Source of the DNA: Callorhinchus milii
Taxonomy: Eukaryota
Reading direction: 5' to 3'
Assembly: GCF_018977255.1 (NCBI RefSeq)
Contig: NW_024704743.1
Coordinates: 71,860,001-71,924,000, forward strand
Length of the DNA stretch: 64,000 bases
Shown in pieces: positions 62,928 to 64,000 of this stretch. The notes below the pieces were generated by a model. That model worked only from the letters and a program-made list of their open reading frames with translations, was not told where the DNA came from and searched no databases. Made by a program: the position numbers and the translations under genes. Positions within the stretch are counted from its first letter, which is position 1. The number at the start of each line of letters is the position of its first letter.

Positions 62928-64000
62928 GCCACATAGATGTTTGCTTTGGTTGTTACAATGTGCCCGATCTGTACATATTTGATTTCTAGTTCCCTGGTTT
63001 GATCAAATACTTATAAGCAAAAAGAAATTCAATTGAAAGGCTTTCTTATGCTCATTGTTTTGACAAACCGATCTGATTATTCTGCACGGGAATTCTACTC
63101 ATAAAATTGTGTTTTTTGCATCCAGTCTTCATAATATAGTGGAAGCCACTTAAACTGGACACCTAAGGGGGTGCCCCATTCCGTACAAAATAACCGGCAT
63201 CTGAGGTTAACTGAAGTTCTCTTACCTCTTCCCTTCCCGCCCAGCATCAGAGTGGCAATGACACTGCCTCTTTCCTATTGCCATTCCCATTAGTCGTGTC
63301 CTGCCTCACTTCAAGGTGATCGACGCCTCAGAGCCACTGCTAATTGGTCTCCTTCTTGTCCGCTGGATGCAGTCACTGCCCCCCCTTCCCCTCACTGGTT
63401 GCTGCAGTTTGACAGCCTGGAGCCACTTGTGAATGGTTGGAATCTGCTCGATTAATCATGATTTGACTTCTCCCATCTCCATTCCCTCCCTTGTTTCTGC
63501 CCCGTTCCTCCGCACCCTCACTGATTGACAGCCCACAGCTGCTCGTGAATAGATGGAGGCGCTCAAGGCTGAATCACACAGTGAGTTGAGTTCACGCAGC
63601 GGTGACCACAAGTGTGGCATTCTGTCCGGATTAACCAGATTTGTGTCCAAATTAACTGTCATGTTTAAAATAGGTGAGAACACAAATGAATCAGGGCAGG
63701 GTGTTTTGTCCTGATTTATTCCGCGTCCGGCTTAAGCAGCTTCCACTCTATAAGAATAATGTACACATCAATCCATGCAGATTTCTAGCACTTGCATTTT
63801 TTCTTATTTCTACGTAATCCAGATTTTAGTGTCAGTGTTGTATCTTTCAGCTACTCTTAGCATTTTTTTTTAAAAATCAGGAAACCTCTGGCATCGCGAA
63901 AGATTTGATAATTGTGAATACAGAAATTTAGAGCAACATTTCATTGTAAAATTGACTTGTTTAAAACATTTTGTTGGTGGAAGCTACATTACCCAATGAA

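Noticed and set aside
1..64000. CRISPR arrays, operons or other prokaryotic systems
   Set aside because: The sequence is intron-exon structured vertebrate DNA; the repeated units are dispersed retroposons, not regularly spaced arrays.

Overview
Vertebrate genomic DNA. The repeat content (CR1, L2, Deu-domain tRNA-SINEs) points to a cartilaginous fish, which is an inference. Two + strand protein-coding genes lie in tandem. The first is the 3' part of DYNC1LI1 (11 coding exons, 295-26892, matching human exons 3-13; the 5' end is outside the window). The second is a complete four-exon CMTM6 (33712-62927, 192 aa). Human has the same gene order and orientation. Introns are dense with retroelements: a young 5'-truncated L2 with an open RT frame, CR1 and L2 fragments, many tRNA-Ala-headed Deu-SINEs that share the L2 3' stem-loop, a solo LTR with a 5-bp TSD, and about 16 copies of an A-tailed retroposon I cannot classify. 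The most notable observations are: (1) a U12 minor-spliceosome intron in DYNC1LI1 that contains a ~95% identical 289-bp copy of the exon-8 U2 donor region, giving a possible nested U2 intron; (2) a ~390-bp fold-back built from two inverted Ginger2/KRBA2-like transposase relics just upstream of CMTM6 exon 3; (3) inverted SINEs flanking the in-frame adaptor-binding exon of DYNC1LI1; (4) a 2.4-kb alternating purine/pyrimidine block at the CMTM6 5' end. I found no prokaryote-type or wholly new multi-gene system. All identifications rest on manual reading and recalled homology, not database searches. Repeat boundaries are approximate unless a TSD is given.
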